DNA of 64,000 bases, taken from assembly GCA_964291675.2 (NCBI GenBank), contig OZ219866.1, positions 2,784,001-2,848,000 of the forward strand. Direction: 5' to 3'. The stretch comes from Alphaproteobacteria bacterium. Its GTDB lineage: Bacteria; Pseudomonadota; Alphaproteobacteria; MPNO01. Of this stretch, positions 38,687-48,226 are shown one piece after another; position 1 is the first letter of the stretch; each line of letters opens with the position of its first letter. The notes under the pieces are model-generated. The model did not search any database. It was not told where the DNA came from and saw nothing but the letters and a program-made list of their open reading frames with translations. A program made the translations under genes and the position numbers.

Positions 38687-39199
38687 ATGATGCCTTCGAT
38701 CAAGAGCCTGCATCACTGGGCCTATCGCTGCCGCGACGCGGAGGAGACGCGGCATTTCTACGAGGACGTGCTCGGCCTGCCGCTGGCCCACGTGGTCTCG
38801 GCCGACATCGTGCCGAGCACCGGCGAGTACTCGCCCTATGTCCACATCTTCTTCGAGATGGCGGACGGCTCCTATGTCGCCTTCTTCGATCTCGGCGACG
38901 GCGAGATCACCAGGCGCGACCCCGACACGCCGCGCTGGGTCAACCACCTCGCGCTGGAGGTCGAGAACGAGGCGGCCCTTGAGACCGCCAAGGCGCGGCT
39001 GGAAGCGGAAGGCGTCGACGTGCTCGGCGTGACCGACCACGGCTTCGTCAAGTCGATCTACTTCTTCGACCCCAACGACATCCGCCTCGAACTCACCTGC
39101 CGCATCTCGGGCAAGGCCGAGCTGGAGAAGAAGGCGGCCGAGGCGCACGAGCTCCTGGCGCAGTGGACCAACCGGCCGGACCGGGTCGCCGCCGAGTAG
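38687..39199 (+). CDS. VOC (glyoxalase/dioxygenase) family protein
   Basis: LHHWAY, FYEDVLGL, NHLAL, SIYFFDPNDIRLE. Confidence 0.88.
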   Translation: MMPSIKSLHHWAYRCRDAEETRHFYEDVLGLPLAHVVSADIVPSTGEYSPYVHIFFEMADGSYVAFFDLGDGEITRRDPDTPRWVNHLALEVENEAALETAKARLEAEGVDVLGVTDHGFVKSIYFFDPNDIRLELTCRISGKAELEKKAAEAHELLAQWTNRPDRVAAE

Positions 39200-39201
39200 G
39201 C

Positions 39202-39309
39202 GCGTCCTTCGATACGGCGCTTCGCGCCTACTCAGGATGAGGGAGGTAGGTATGGCCCACGAAAAATATCCTCATCCCGAGTAGGCGCGAAGCGCCGTAT
39301 CGAGGGGCG
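39202..39309. repeat. REP-like palindromic element (family A) between convergent genes; may act as a terminator
   Basis: gcgtccttcgatacggcgcttcgcgcctactcaggatgagg and cctcatcccgagtaggcgcgaagcgccgtatcgagggg are near-perfect inverted arms. Confidence 0.85.
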
Positions 39310-39312
39310 GCT

Positions 39313-39930
39313 TCAGCGCTCCGCCGGCAACGCCCCGGTCATCGCGTCGATCCAGCCCGCATCGACGTCCAGCGTCTCCAGCTCCGCGGCGGCTTCCGCC
39401 CTGGTCTGGGTGACCATCGGGATCACCCCCGGGGCCTCGCCCTCCGCCGGATGGCAGCACGCCTCCAGCCGGATGCCGTTCGGGTCCCTGAAGTAGATCG
39501 AGACCATGCCCGGCAGGATGTCGATCGGCCCGTCGAAGGGAATGCCGTGGTCGGTCAGCCGCCGCTGGATCTCGGCAAACCGTTCGGCCGTGACCACGAA
39601 GGCGCAGTGCTGCATGCCGCCGATGGCGTCGCGGTCGGATCTCGGCTTCTCGCCCCTGGGGATCTCGAAGAAGGCGAGCAGGCTGTCGTTCCCCATGTCG
39701 AAGAAGTAGTGGCGGATGCACTCCCAGGGCGGGTTGCCGCGATTGCCGGGCCCGGTGCCGACGCCCTCCGGGACCTTCATCGCGTGCACCAGCGGCATGC
39801 CGACGACGTTCACGAAGAACTCGGTGGTCGTCTTCATGTCCTCGGTGGTCAGCGCGAGATGATGCACGCCGCGGGTGACGACGTCGTAGCCGGCCGCCTG
39901 GGCCGGCGCGGGCGCTCCGGAATCGGCCAT
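39313..39930 (-). CDS. VOC (glyoxalase/dioxygenase) family protein
   Basis: GVHHLAL, MQHCAF, SIYFRDPNGIRLE. Confidence 0.88.
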   Translation of the reverse strand: MADSGAPAPAQAAGYDVVTRGVHHLALTTEDMKTTTEFFVNVVGMPLVHAMKVPEGVGTGPGNRGNPPWECIRHYFFDMGNDSLLAFFEIPRGEKPRSDRDAIGGMQHCAFVVTAERFAEIQRRLTDHGIPFDGPIDILPGMVSIYFRDPNGIRLEACCHPAEGEAPGVIPMVTQTRAEAAAELETLDVDAGWIDAMTGALPAER

Positions 39931-39992
39931 GTCGATACCTCGTCGAGTTCGGACACACCGACTCTAGAGCATTTCGGCGTCGGCGCGAACCG

Positions 39993-42299
39993 TTACTCCC
40001 GCAAGGCCCGCAGCACCCGTTCCGGCGTCATCGGCAGGCGCCTGAGCCGGATTCCCGTGGCATGGGCGACGGCGTTGGAAATCGCCGGCGCGATGCCGAC
40101 CAGCGGAGGCTCGCCGATGCCCTTGGCGCCGAACGGGCCGTCCTCGTCCGGGTCCTCGACCAGGATGGTGTCGATCTCGGGCGGCACGTCCGCGATGCCC
40201 GGGATCTTGTAGTCCATCAGCGACGGGTTCGCGAGCCGGCCGGAATCCCACACCATCTCCTCGCACAGCGCGTAGCCCAGCCCCTGGACGATGCCGCCCT
40301 GGATCTGGCCCTCGACCGCCGTCGGGTTGATCGCCTTGCCGATATCGTGCGCCGACCAGACTTTTAGCGGAACGATCCGCCCGGTCGCTTCGTCGACCTC
40401 GACCTCCACCGCCTGCGCGGCGAAGATCCAGGCGCCGATCTTGCCGAACGGGAAGCCCTTCAGATAGCCGCGCTTGGGGTCGAAATCCGGCCCGTCATAG
40501 GCCAGCGAGTTGGTGCCGATGACCGGCCCGCCGGCGACCCAGTGCGAGAAGCCGGAGATGTCGCGGAACCCCACCTCGGCCTCCGGCACCCCCTTGATGC
40601 CGATACGCCCGCCGTCGCGGAGCTCCAGGTCTTCCTCGGCGCACTCCATCATGATCGCCGCGCGCTGCTTGAGCTGGGCGATGGCGTCCTCGGCGGCCGC
40701 GACCACCGCGCGGCCGGCCATGTAGGTGACGCGGCTCGCCGTGGTGCCCCAGTTATAGGGCGAGCCGTCGGTGTCGGGCGTCGCCACGCTCACCTGGTCG
40801 ATTTCGAGGCCGAGCGCGGCGGCGCAGATCTGGACCAGCACCGTGTCCGAGCCCTGGCCGTTGTCCACCGCGCCGGTGTTCAAGACGGCGGTGCCGTCCT
40901 CCAGGATGCGGACGATCGCCCCCGAGGTCAGCACGCCCGAGATATGCGGGACGCAGGCGAGCCCGATCCCGCGCCTGCGGCCCGACCCGTCGGTCGCGGT
41001 CTTGCGCTTCCCGTCCCAGCCGCAGGCGGCGCGCACCCGTTCCAGGCACTCCGACAGCCCGGCCTTGTTGAGCGCCACGCCGATCATCCACTCCTCGCCC
41101 GGCCGCACGACGTTCTTCAGCCGGAGGTCGATCGGGTCCATGCCGAGCCGAGCCGCGATCTCGTCGATCTGGGTCTCGCCGGCGATGGCCACCTGCGGGC
41201 CGCCGAAGCCGCGGAACGCGCCCGAGCGCAGCTTGTTGGTGTAGACCGGGCGCGACTCGATCGAGACGTTCTCGATGCGGTAGGGCCCGCGGCAGAACAG
41301 CGCCGCGATCCCGGCCACGCCGGGGCTGTCGTCGGCATAGGCGCCGGCGTCGAGGACGATCCTGACCTCGCGCGCGAGCAGCGTGCCGTCCGCCGCCGCG
41401 CCGGTTTTCATCCACACCTTGCCCGGGTGGCGGGAGCGGATCATCTCGAAATCCTGCTCGCGGCTCAGCGTCACCTTGACCGGCCGGCCGGTCGCGCGCG
41501 CCAGCGCGGCGGCGGCGGGCTGCACGGTCTGCTCCATCTTGCCGCCGAACGCGCCCCCCACCTGCGGCGTGACGCAGCGAACCTTGGACATCGGAAGCCC
41601 GAGCGAATCGGCGACGAACGATTGGACGTGGAACACCGACTGGTTGGACGACCAGATGGTGATCTTGCCGTTGGAATCGATCTCGGCCAGCGCCGAGCAC
41701 GGCTCCATATAGGTGTGGCACTGCGCCTGGGTCTCGTAGCTCCCCTCGACGATCGCCGCGCAGCGCTCCCAGGCCGAGTCGACATCGCCCTCGACGATCT
41801 CGATGATCGCCATCGCGTTGCGGTCGCTCTCGGCCTCGAAGACCTTGATGTACTCGGCGAAGCCCTCGTGCAGCGCGGGCGCGTCCGCTTCCGTCGCCGC
41901 ATCGGTGTCGAACACCGCCGGCAGCTCCTCGTAGGAGATGTCGATCAGCCGCGCGGCTTCCTTGGCGGTCTCCAGATCCGCCGCCGCCACCGCCGCCACC
42001 GGCTCGCCCATATAGCGGACCTTGCCGATCGCGAGCGCGGTCTCGTCCTTGACGAAGGGGCCGATCCTGTGCCCGCCGATGTCCTCGCCGGTCACGACCG
42101 CCGCGACGCCGTCGAGCGCGAGCGCGGCGGAGACGTCGTATCCCGTGATCCGCGCATGGGCGTGGGGGCTCGGCACGATCACGCCGACCAGCATGTCGGG
42201 GCGCGACATGTCGTCGGCGTAGACCGCCTTGCCGGTGATCTTGTCGCGCGTCTCCAGCCGCGGGATTCCCTGTCCGACGGGGCTCACATAGTCGTTCAT
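39993..42299 (-). CDS. Xanthine dehydrogenase/CoxL-family molybdenum hydroxylase, large subunit
   Basis: Start MNDYVSP. GGAFGGK, AFRGFGGPQ, GQGSDT, GQIQGG, GAKGIGEP. Confidence 0.92.
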   Translation of the reverse strand: MNDYVSPVGQGIPRLETRDKITGKAVYADDMSRPDMLVGVIVPSPHAHARITGYDVSAALALDGVAAVVTGEDIGGHRIGPFVKDETALAIGKVRYMGEPVAAVAAADLETAKEAARLIDISYEELPAVFDTDAATEADAPALHEGFAEYIKVFEAESDRNAMAIIEIVEGDVDSAWERCAAIVEGSYETQAQCHTYMEPCSALAEIDSNGKITIWSSNQSVFHVQSFVADSLGLPMSKVRCVTPQVGGAFGGKMEQTVQPAAAALARATGRPVKVTLSREQDFEMIRSRHPGKVWMKTGAAADGTLLAREVRIVLDAGAYADDSPGVAGIAALFCRGPYRIENVSIESRPVYTNKLRSGAFRGFGGPQVAIAGETQIDEIAARLGMDPIDLRLKNVVRPGEEWMIGVALNKAGLSECLERVRAACGWDGKRKTATDGSGRRRGIGLACVPHISGVLTSGAIVRILEDGTAVLNTGAVDNGQGSDTVLVQICAAALGLEIDQVSVATPDTDGSPYNWGTTASRVTYMAGRAVVAAAEDAIAQLKQRAAIMMECAEEDLELRDGGRIGIKGVPEAEVGFRDISGFSHWVAGGPVIGTNSLAYDGPDFDPKRGYLKGFPFGKIGAWIFAAQAVEVEVDEATGRIVPLKVWSAHDIGKAINPTAVEGQIQGGIVQGLGYALCEEMVWDSGRLANPSLMDYKIPGIADVPPEIDTILVEDPDEDGPFGAKGIGEPPLVGIAPAISNAVAHATGIRLRRLPMTPERVLRALRE

Positions 42300-42772
42300 G
42301 ACGCGCCTCCCGCGCTCGCCGACCTGACCGCCTCCACCACCTTCACGTAGCCCGAGCAGCGGCAGAGATTGCCCGACAGCCCGTCGCGGATCTCGTCGTC
42401 GGTCGGGCTCGGGTTGTCCGCCAGCAGCGCGGTCGCCGCCACCGCCATGCCCGGCATGCAGAAGCCGCACTGCACCGCGCCGTGGTCGAGCAGCGCCTGC
42501 TGCACCGGCGACAGCGCGCCGCCTTCGGCAAGGCCCTCGACGGTGACGATCTCGCGGCCGGCGGCGTCGGCGGCAAGCGTCAGGCAGCCGCGCATCACGG
42601 CGCCGTCGACCATCACCGAGCAGGCGCCGCAGACCCCCTGGTTGCAGCCCCGCTTGGAGCCGGTGAGCGAGACCTGCTCGCGCAGCACCTGCAACAGCGT
42701 GTGCCAGGGCCGGACGAACAATTGGTGCGTCCTGCCGTTGACCTTGAGCGAGATCGGGATCGCGTCGCTCAT
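42296..42772 (-). CDS. Molybdenum hydroxylase 2Fe-2S subunit (CoxS-like)
   Basis: GCNQGVCGAC, QCGFC, NLCRCSGY. Confidence 0.92.
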   Translation of the reverse strand: MSDAIPISLKVNGRTHQLFVRPWHTLLQVLREQVSLTGSKRGCNQGVCGACSVMVDGAVMRGCLTLAADAAGREIVTVEGLAEGGALSPVQQALLDHGAVQCGFCMPGMAVAATALLADNPSPTDDEIRDGLSGNLCRCSGYVKVVEAVRSASAGGAS

Positions 42773-43632
42773 CGCGCGTCTCCCCTGGCCGCCGCCGCGC
42801 GGAGCGCGCGGCCGAGCAGCGGCTCGACCAGCATCATGCGGTACTCGCCCGAACCCCGGACGTCATCGACCGGGTCGCAGGCGTCGCGGAGGATCGCCGC
42901 GGCATCGGCGATATCCCGGTCCGCGAGCGCGGTGCCCGCGAGCCGCGCCTCCGCTTCCTCGGCCCGGACCGGGGTCGGCCCGCAACTGCCGAGAGCGACG
43001 CGGACGTAGCTGCAGGTTTCGCCCTCCATCGCCACCACGGCGGCGACCGACACCGTCGCGTAATCGCCCTCGACGCGGGCGAATTTCTCATAGGCGCCGA
43101 ACCCGCCCGCCGGCGAAGGCGGCAGGGTGACGGCGGCGATCAGCTCGCCCGGCCGCAAGGCGGTCTCCAGGTAGTCGACGAAGAAATCCTGCGCCGGGAC
43201 GGCCCGTGTCCCGCCCGCCCCCCGCAGCTCAACCGCCGCGTCGAGCGCCACCAGCGCGCCGGGATAATCGGCCTGCGGGTCGCCGTGGCCGATCGACCCG
43301 CCGATGGTGCCCATGTTGCGGATCGCCGGATGGCCGATCGCCCGCGCGGTCGCCGAAATCAGCGCATGCGCGCCGTCGAGACCGGCCGCACCGGCGACCT
43401 CGCGGTGGGTGGCCATCGCGCCGATGCGGAGCCCGCCCCCGGCGTCGGCCGCGATTCCCCTGAGCGATTCGATATGGCGCAGGCTGACGAGCGCCGAGGG
43501 CATCACCAGGTCGGCGTTCATCATCGCGACCAGCGTCGCGCCGCCCGCGAGACAGCGCGCGTCCTCGTCCGCGGCCAGCAGCGCAACCGCCTCGTCGACC
43601 GTCGACGGGCCGTGAAACTCCATCCCCTGCAC
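42769..43632 (-). CDS. Molybdenum hydroxylase FAD subunit (CoxM-like)
   Basis: LAGGATL, IRNMGTIGGS, DVRGSGEYR. Confidence 0.9.
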   Translation of the reverse strand: MQGMEFHGPSTVDEAVALLAADEDARCLAGGATLVAMMNADLVMPSALVSLRHIESLRGIAADAGGGLRIGAMATHREVAGAAGLDGAHALISATARAIGHPAIRNMGTIGGSIGHGDPQADYPGALVALDAAVELRGAGGTRAVPAQDFFVDYLETALRPGELIAAVTLPPSPAGGFGAYEKFARVEGDYATVSVAAVVAMEGETCSYVRVALGSCGPTPVRAEEAEARLAGTALADRDIADAAAILRDACDPVDDVRGSGEYRMMLVEPLLGRALRAAAARGDAR

Positions 43633-43750
43633 CTCCCCGAGCGTTGGCCGGCAGCGAGTATGTCCGATGGCGGGAGGGCCGGCAAACCCTGTAGCCCGCG
43701 GCGCCGGGGCGGTATTCTCCGCCTCCTCAAGGCCGGTTGGGAGAGTCGAA

Positions 43751-44743
43751 ATGCCGATGGCGGCGGTGATTCACGAGAAGGGCGCGCCCGATGTCTTCCG
43801 CTGGGAAGAGGTCGAGGTCGGCGCGCCCGGCGCGGGCGAGGTGCGCATCCGCAACGAGGCGGTGGGCGTCAACTACGTCGACACCTATCACCGGCGCGGC
43901 ATGCCGCACCCCTGGCCGGTCCCCGCCTTGCCGCTGGTGCTCGGTTTCGAGGGCGCCGGCACGGTCGCCGAAATCGGCGAGGGCGTCGAGGGGCTCGCGC
44001 CGGGCGACCGAGTGGGCTACGCCATGCCGCCGCACGGCGCCTACAGCCAGGAGCGCATCTATCCGGCGGAGAAGGTCGTGCGCGTCCCCGACGGGATCGA
44101 TGCGCGCGCCGTCGCCGCGCTGATGCTCAAGGGGCTCACCGCCCAGTATTTGCTGCGGCGGACCTACCGGGTCGAGCGGGGCGATGCGATCCTGGTGCAC
44201 GCGGCGGCGGGCGGCATGGGCCAGATCCTCTGCCAGTGGGGCAGGCATCTCGGCGCCACCGTGATCGGCACCGTCAGCACCGGGGAGAAGGCGGAACAGG
44301 CGCGCGCGGCGGGCTGCGACCATGCCGTGGTCCACGGCGAGGGCGATTTCGTCGAGACCGTCGGCGAGGTCACCGGCGGCGAGGGCTGCGCGGTGGTCTA
44401 CGAATCGATCGGCAAGGACACCTTCCGCCGCTCGATGGACTGCCTCAGGCCGCTCGGCATGATGGCGAGCTACGGCCACGCCTCGGGCGCGCCCGACCCG
44501 GTCGACGTGATCGAGCTCGGGGCGCGCGGCTCGCTGTTCCTCACCCGGCCGGCGATCATGCACTACATGGCGAAGCGCGAGGACCTGGCGGCCGGGGCGG
44601 AGGAGCTGTTCGAGGTCGTGCGAAGCGGCGCGGTCAAGCCCGCGGTCAACCACCTCTACCCGCTCCGCGAGGCGGCCGAGGCGCACCGCATGATCGAGGC
44701 CCGGCGCACCACCGGCGCCACCGTGCTGCTGCCCTTCGAATAG
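43751..44743 (+). CDS. qor: NADPH:quinone oxidoreductase (zeta-crystallin/MDR family)
   Basis: GVNYVD, HAAAGGMG, GHASG, GSLFLTRP, RRTTG. Confidence 0.88.
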   Translation: MPMAAVIHEKGAPDVFRWEEVEVGAPGAGEVRIRNEAVGVNYVDTYHRRGMPHPWPVPALPLVLGFEGAGTVAEIGEGVEGLAPGDRVGYAMPPHGAYSQERIYPAEKVVRVPDGIDARAVAALMLKGLTAQYLLRRTYRVERGDAILVHAAAGGMGQILCQWGRHLGATVIGTVSTGEKAEQARAAGCDHAVVHGEGDFVETVGEVTGGEGCAVVYESIGKDTFRRSMDCLRPLGMMASYGHASGAPDPVDVIELGARGSLFLTRPAIMHYMAKREDLAAGAEELFEVVRSGAVKPAVNHLYPLREAAEAHRMIEARRTTGATVLLPFE

Positions 44744-44771
44744 CGGCGCCGAAACCGCGTCGGCTCCCCCC

Positions 44772-45302
44772 CTACGCCGGGTCGGCGCTGACCAGCACGG
44801 CGGCGAGCAGGCAGGGCTCGTCGGTGCGCACGCTCCAGGAATGGTTGGTGCCGCGCTGGATCATCGCGTCGCCCGCCTTCAGGCACACCTCGCCGGTATC
44901 CAGAACGGCCCAGATCTCGCCCTTGAGCACGACGAGGTAATCCACCGTCGAGGTCTTGTGCATCATCGGATCGTCGCTGGCGGCGTCCGGGGCATGCCCG
45001 GCGTCGATCGATTCGAAGGCGTCCCTTGCATCGGCGCGGTGGCGCCACGCGCTGTCCGGCGGAAACTCGACGATGCGGAAGACGGTGCCGCTTGGCCCGG
45101 GTTCGAGCACGACCGGGCCGTCGGCGGCATCTTCCCGTCCCGCGTTGTCGGCCGGCGCGCCGTCGGTGCGCCACAGCTCGGTGAGCGCGAGCCCCGGCAT
45201 CGAGTCCATCTCCTTGACCGTGCCGGCATCGCCGTCGATGACGAACACCGACCGCCCGTCTTCGTCATGCGCGGTGACCACGCGGCGGATCTTCTCGACC
45301 AT
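44772..45302 (-). CDS. Cupin-domain protein
   Basis: RRVVTAHD, MHKTSTVDY, QRGTNHSW. Confidence 0.85.
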   Translation of the reverse strand: MVEKIRRVVTAHDEDGRSVFVIDGDAGTVKEMDSMPGLALTELWRTDGAPADNAGREDAADGPVVLEPGPSGTVFRIVEFPPDSAWRHRADARDAFESIDAGHAPDAASDDPMMHKTSTVDYLVVLKGEIWAVLDTGEVCLKAGDAMIQRGTNHSWSVRTDEPCLLAAVLVSADPA

Positions 45303-46241
45303 TCAAGCCTCCCTGATGAGCCGGTTGCGCAGGACGCCGATGCCCTCCACCTCGAGCTCGACCACGTCGCCGTCCGACAAGTAGCGCTCAAGCTCCAGCC
45401 CGCAGCCCCCGCCGACGGTTCCCGAGCCGAAGAACTCGCCGGGATGAAGCGTCTCGGACCGCGAGACATGGGCGATCAGGTCCTCGAACGTCCAGTGGAT
45501 GCTGCCCGAATGGCCGCGCGACCACTCCTCGCCGTTGACCCGGGCGATCATCGTGCAGTCATAGGGGTCGAGCGCGTCGGCGGTCACGATGCACGGCCCG
45601 ATGACGTTGCCGCCGTCGAAATCCTTGCCCTTGCCGGGTCCGAGCCCGCCCGGCATTTCCAGCGCCTGCGCGTCCCGCGCCGAGAAGTCGTTGAAGATCG
45701 AGTAGCCGAAGATATGGGCGCGCGCCGCGTCGCGCGCGATGTCCTTGCCGCCCTTGCCGATGAAAAAGCCGAATTCGAGCTCGTAATCCATCACCTCGGC
45801 GTAGCCCGGCCAGATCACGTCCGCCCCGTGCCCGACCACCGCCAGGCGGTTGGCCTTGTAGTAGATCGGCTGGCGGTACCAGATCTCCGGGATTTCGAAC
45901 ATGCCCGGCTGCGCGTCGCCGCGCGATTTCCGCAACACCTCGAACGCCCGCTTGAGGTGCTCCTCGAAGCACAGGCAGTCGCGGATCTGGGGCGGTTCCG
46001 GCAGCGGCGTGCGCAGCACGATCTCGGCGGCGGGGAGCACGGCGGATGCCGGCGGGCTCGCCACCGCGCGGCGCGCCTCCGCCAGCGCCTCGTCGCCGGC
46101 GCGGATCAGCGCGAGCATCGACGCGAAGGCGGGCCCGCCCGGGGACAGGCCGAGATCGACCACCGCTTCGTCGCGCTCGATCAACGCGCCGACGCGATCC
46201 CGATCGCCGGTCGCGCGGTGCCGGAAGGTGACGAGTCTCAC
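45303..46241 (-). CDS. Fumarylacetoacetate hydrolase family protein
   Basis: MDYELE, NDFSARD, GKDF, SGTVGGG. Confidence 0.9.
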   Translation of the reverse strand: MRLVTFRHRATGDRDRVGALIERDEAVVDLGLSPGGPAFASMLALIRAGDEALAEARRAVASPPASAVLPAAEIVLRTPLPEPPQIRDCLCFEEHLKRAFEVLRKSRGDAQPGMFEIPEIWYRQPIYYKANRLAVVGHGADVIWPGYAEVMDYELEFGFFIGKGGKDIARDAARAHIFGYSIFNDFSARDAQALEMPGGLGPGKGKDFDGGNVIGPCIVTADALDPYDCTMIARVNGEEWSRGHSGSIHWTFEDLIAHVSRSETLHPGEFFGSGTVGGGCGLELERYLSDGDVVELEVEGIGVLRNRLIREA

Positions 46242-46263
46242 CGTGCCGCCCGATCCGCCCCGC

Positions 46264-46800
46264 TCAGACCGCGTTCGGCACCGGCTCGGCGTCGACCAGG
46301 ATGAAGGCCATGCGGCAGGGCTCGCTGCCGCGGTTGACCCAGGCGTGGTTGGTGCCCTTCTGGACGATCACGTCGCCCGCCTTCACGTGGACCTCCGAGT
46401 CGTCGAGCAGCATGTCGATCTCGCCCGACAGCACGATCGCGTAATCGACCGAGTTGGTGCGGTGCATGAAGGGGTGCTTGTTGACGATGTCGCCGGCCGG
46501 GATCGCGCCGAGCGCGGCGGCGACCGCGCTGTGCTCCAGCGCCTCGACCTCCGGCGTCACCGGCGGGAACTCGGTGATGCGGAACACCGTGCCGCCGGGC
46601 GGCGGGGGCGTCTTGATCTCGCCCGTCGCCGGGTCTTCGTCGCCCGAGTTGTCGGCCGGGGTCGCGAAGGTGCGCCAGAGCTGGGTCGCGACCAGATCGC
46701 CCACCGGCCTTGTGCGGACATTGGGCGCGGCGCCGTCCATGACGACGATCGCCTTGCCGTTCTCGTCGTGGCCGGTGACCACGCGCCGGATGTCGTGCAT
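46264..46800 (-). CDS. Cupin-domain protein (paralog of 44772-45302)
   Basis: RRVVTGHD, MHRTNSVDY, QKGTNHAW. Confidence 0.85.
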   Translation of the reverse strand: MHDIRRVVTGHDENGKAIVVMDGAAPNVRTRPVGDLVATQLWRTFATPADNSGDEDPATGEIKTPPPPGGTVFRITEFPPVTPEVEALEHSAVAAALGAIPAGDIVNKHPFMHRTNSVDYAIVLSGEIDMLLDDSEVHVKAGDVIVQKGTNHAWVNRGSEPCRMAFILVDAEPVPNAV

Positions 46801-46831
46801 CTCATCCCCCCATCGCGATGACGAGCGGGGA

Positions 46832-48226
46832 CTATTGCCGCTCCCCATCGGTCTGGCAAATGCGGGCGATCCGCCCGGCGTCGTCGAGCGTGTCGAACGC
46901 GCCGACGATCCCGATCGCCGCCTCGGCGGTTTGCGCCGGAAACCCGGCGAAGGCGGTGCACCGGCGGAATTTTTCGCAGGCGTCGGCGAAGCTCATCGGC
47001 GCCTGCGTCGAACCCTGCGCCCAGTCGCAGCGCCTCTCCAGCCGCCTGCCGTCGGCGAGCTCGACATCGAGCAGCGTCGTCATGTTGGTAAAATCCGCTC
47101 CGGGCCGGTCATAGGCGGTAAACCGCACCCGTTCCATCGCCCGGCGGATGTCCGGGCGGGCGAGCGTTTCTGCGGTGAACTCGGCGAGCCCGGCGCGGCC
47201 CTCGACGGCGATCAGCGCAAGCGCGAACTGCATCGAGAACCGCGCCTCCATGACCGTTTTCGGGTCGTGGTGGATCAAGGTCTCGAGGACCCGCCGGTTG
47301 GTTCTGGCGGAGATCGCTGCGATGTCGCCGCCGCCGAACCCGTGCTCGCGCCTGAGCGCCAGCAGCCCGGTCATCGCCGGGTGGGTCAGCGCGCCGTTGG
47401 GGAAAGGCTTGATCCACATGCCCGGATCGAGAATGGCCCAGGGATCGCCCAGGCGTTCCAGCACCGCGGGGTCGAAGTCGCCGCCAGCGGCGGCGAAATA
47501 CCCGACCTTGCCGCCGAGCGCGTCGGCCGCGCCGACCAGCCCCCGCGCGGTCATGTCGGCGGCGACGACGCCTGCCTCCGCCGCCATGCCCGGGTGCAGG
47601 ATCTCGACCATCGAGCCGAAGTTCTGCCGCACGCCGCCCGCCGCGCTGGCGGCGAAGGCGAGCGCGTGTCCGATCCGCCGGCGGTCCAGACCGTAGAGCA
47701 TCGCCGCGGCGGCGGCGGCGCCGAAGGTGGACAGCGTTCCCGTCGCGTGGAAACCCTCCCGATAGTGGCGCGCGTCGATCGCGTGGTTGATCCGGCAGGC
47801 GATCTCGATGCCGGCGTGCAGCGCGGTGGCGAGGTCGCGTCCGCTCGCCGCTCGCTCCTCGGCGACGGCGAGCGCGGCGGCGAGAACCGGCGCGGTCGCG
47901 TGGATGCCGCCGTTCCGTTCCGCCAGCGCCTGCGGGTTGGTGTCGTCGAAATTGTCGGCATGCATCGCCGCCGCGTTGAGGAAAGCGGCGAAGCGCTGCG
48001 CGCTGCGCGCAGGCGTGCCCAGAACGGTCGCCCCGCCGCCCGCCGAACCGAGAGCGTCTATGTGGTCGCGGGCGATGCGGACGGCCTCCGTGCGGGCGCC
48101 GGCGATGGCGAGGCCGATGCAGTCGAGCACATGGACCCGGCCCCGTTCGAGCGCCGCCTCCGGCAGGTCCCCGAAGGCGAGGCCGTCGGCGAAGGCGGCG
48201 ATCCGTCCGGTCGCGCCCGCGCTCAG
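46832..48226 (-). CDS. MmgE/PrpD family protein
   Basis: LDCIG, HADNFDD, GFHATGT, IKPFP, ARFSMQF. Probable CTG start overlapping the upstream TGA. Confidence 0.85.
   Translation of the reverse strand: MSAGATGRIAAFADGLAFGDLPEAALERGRVHVLDCIGLAIAGARTEAVRIARDHIDALGSAGGGATVLGTPARSAQRFAAFLNAAAMHADNFDDTNPQALAERNGGIHATAPVLAAALAVAEERAASGRDLATALHAGIEIACRINHAIDARHYREGFHATGTLSTFGAAAAAAMLYGLDRRRIGHALAFAASAAGGVRQNFGSMVEILHPGMAAEAGVVAADMTARGLVGAADALGGKVGYFAAAGGDFDPAVLERLGDPWAILDPGMWIKPFPNGALTHPAMTGLLALRREHGFGGGDIAAISARTNRRVLETLIHHDPKTVMEARFSMQFALALIAVEGRAGLAEFTAETLARPDIRRAMERVRFTAYDRPGADFTNMTTLLDVELADGRRLERRCDWAQGSTQAPMSFADACEKFRRCTAFAGFPAQTAEAAIGIVGAFDTLDDAGRIARICQTDGERQ

Noticed and set aside
39993-43632. 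Aerobic CO dehydrogenase
   Set aside because: The active-site loop reads AFRGFG, not the form I CoxL AYxCSFR; this is a generic Mo hydroxylase.
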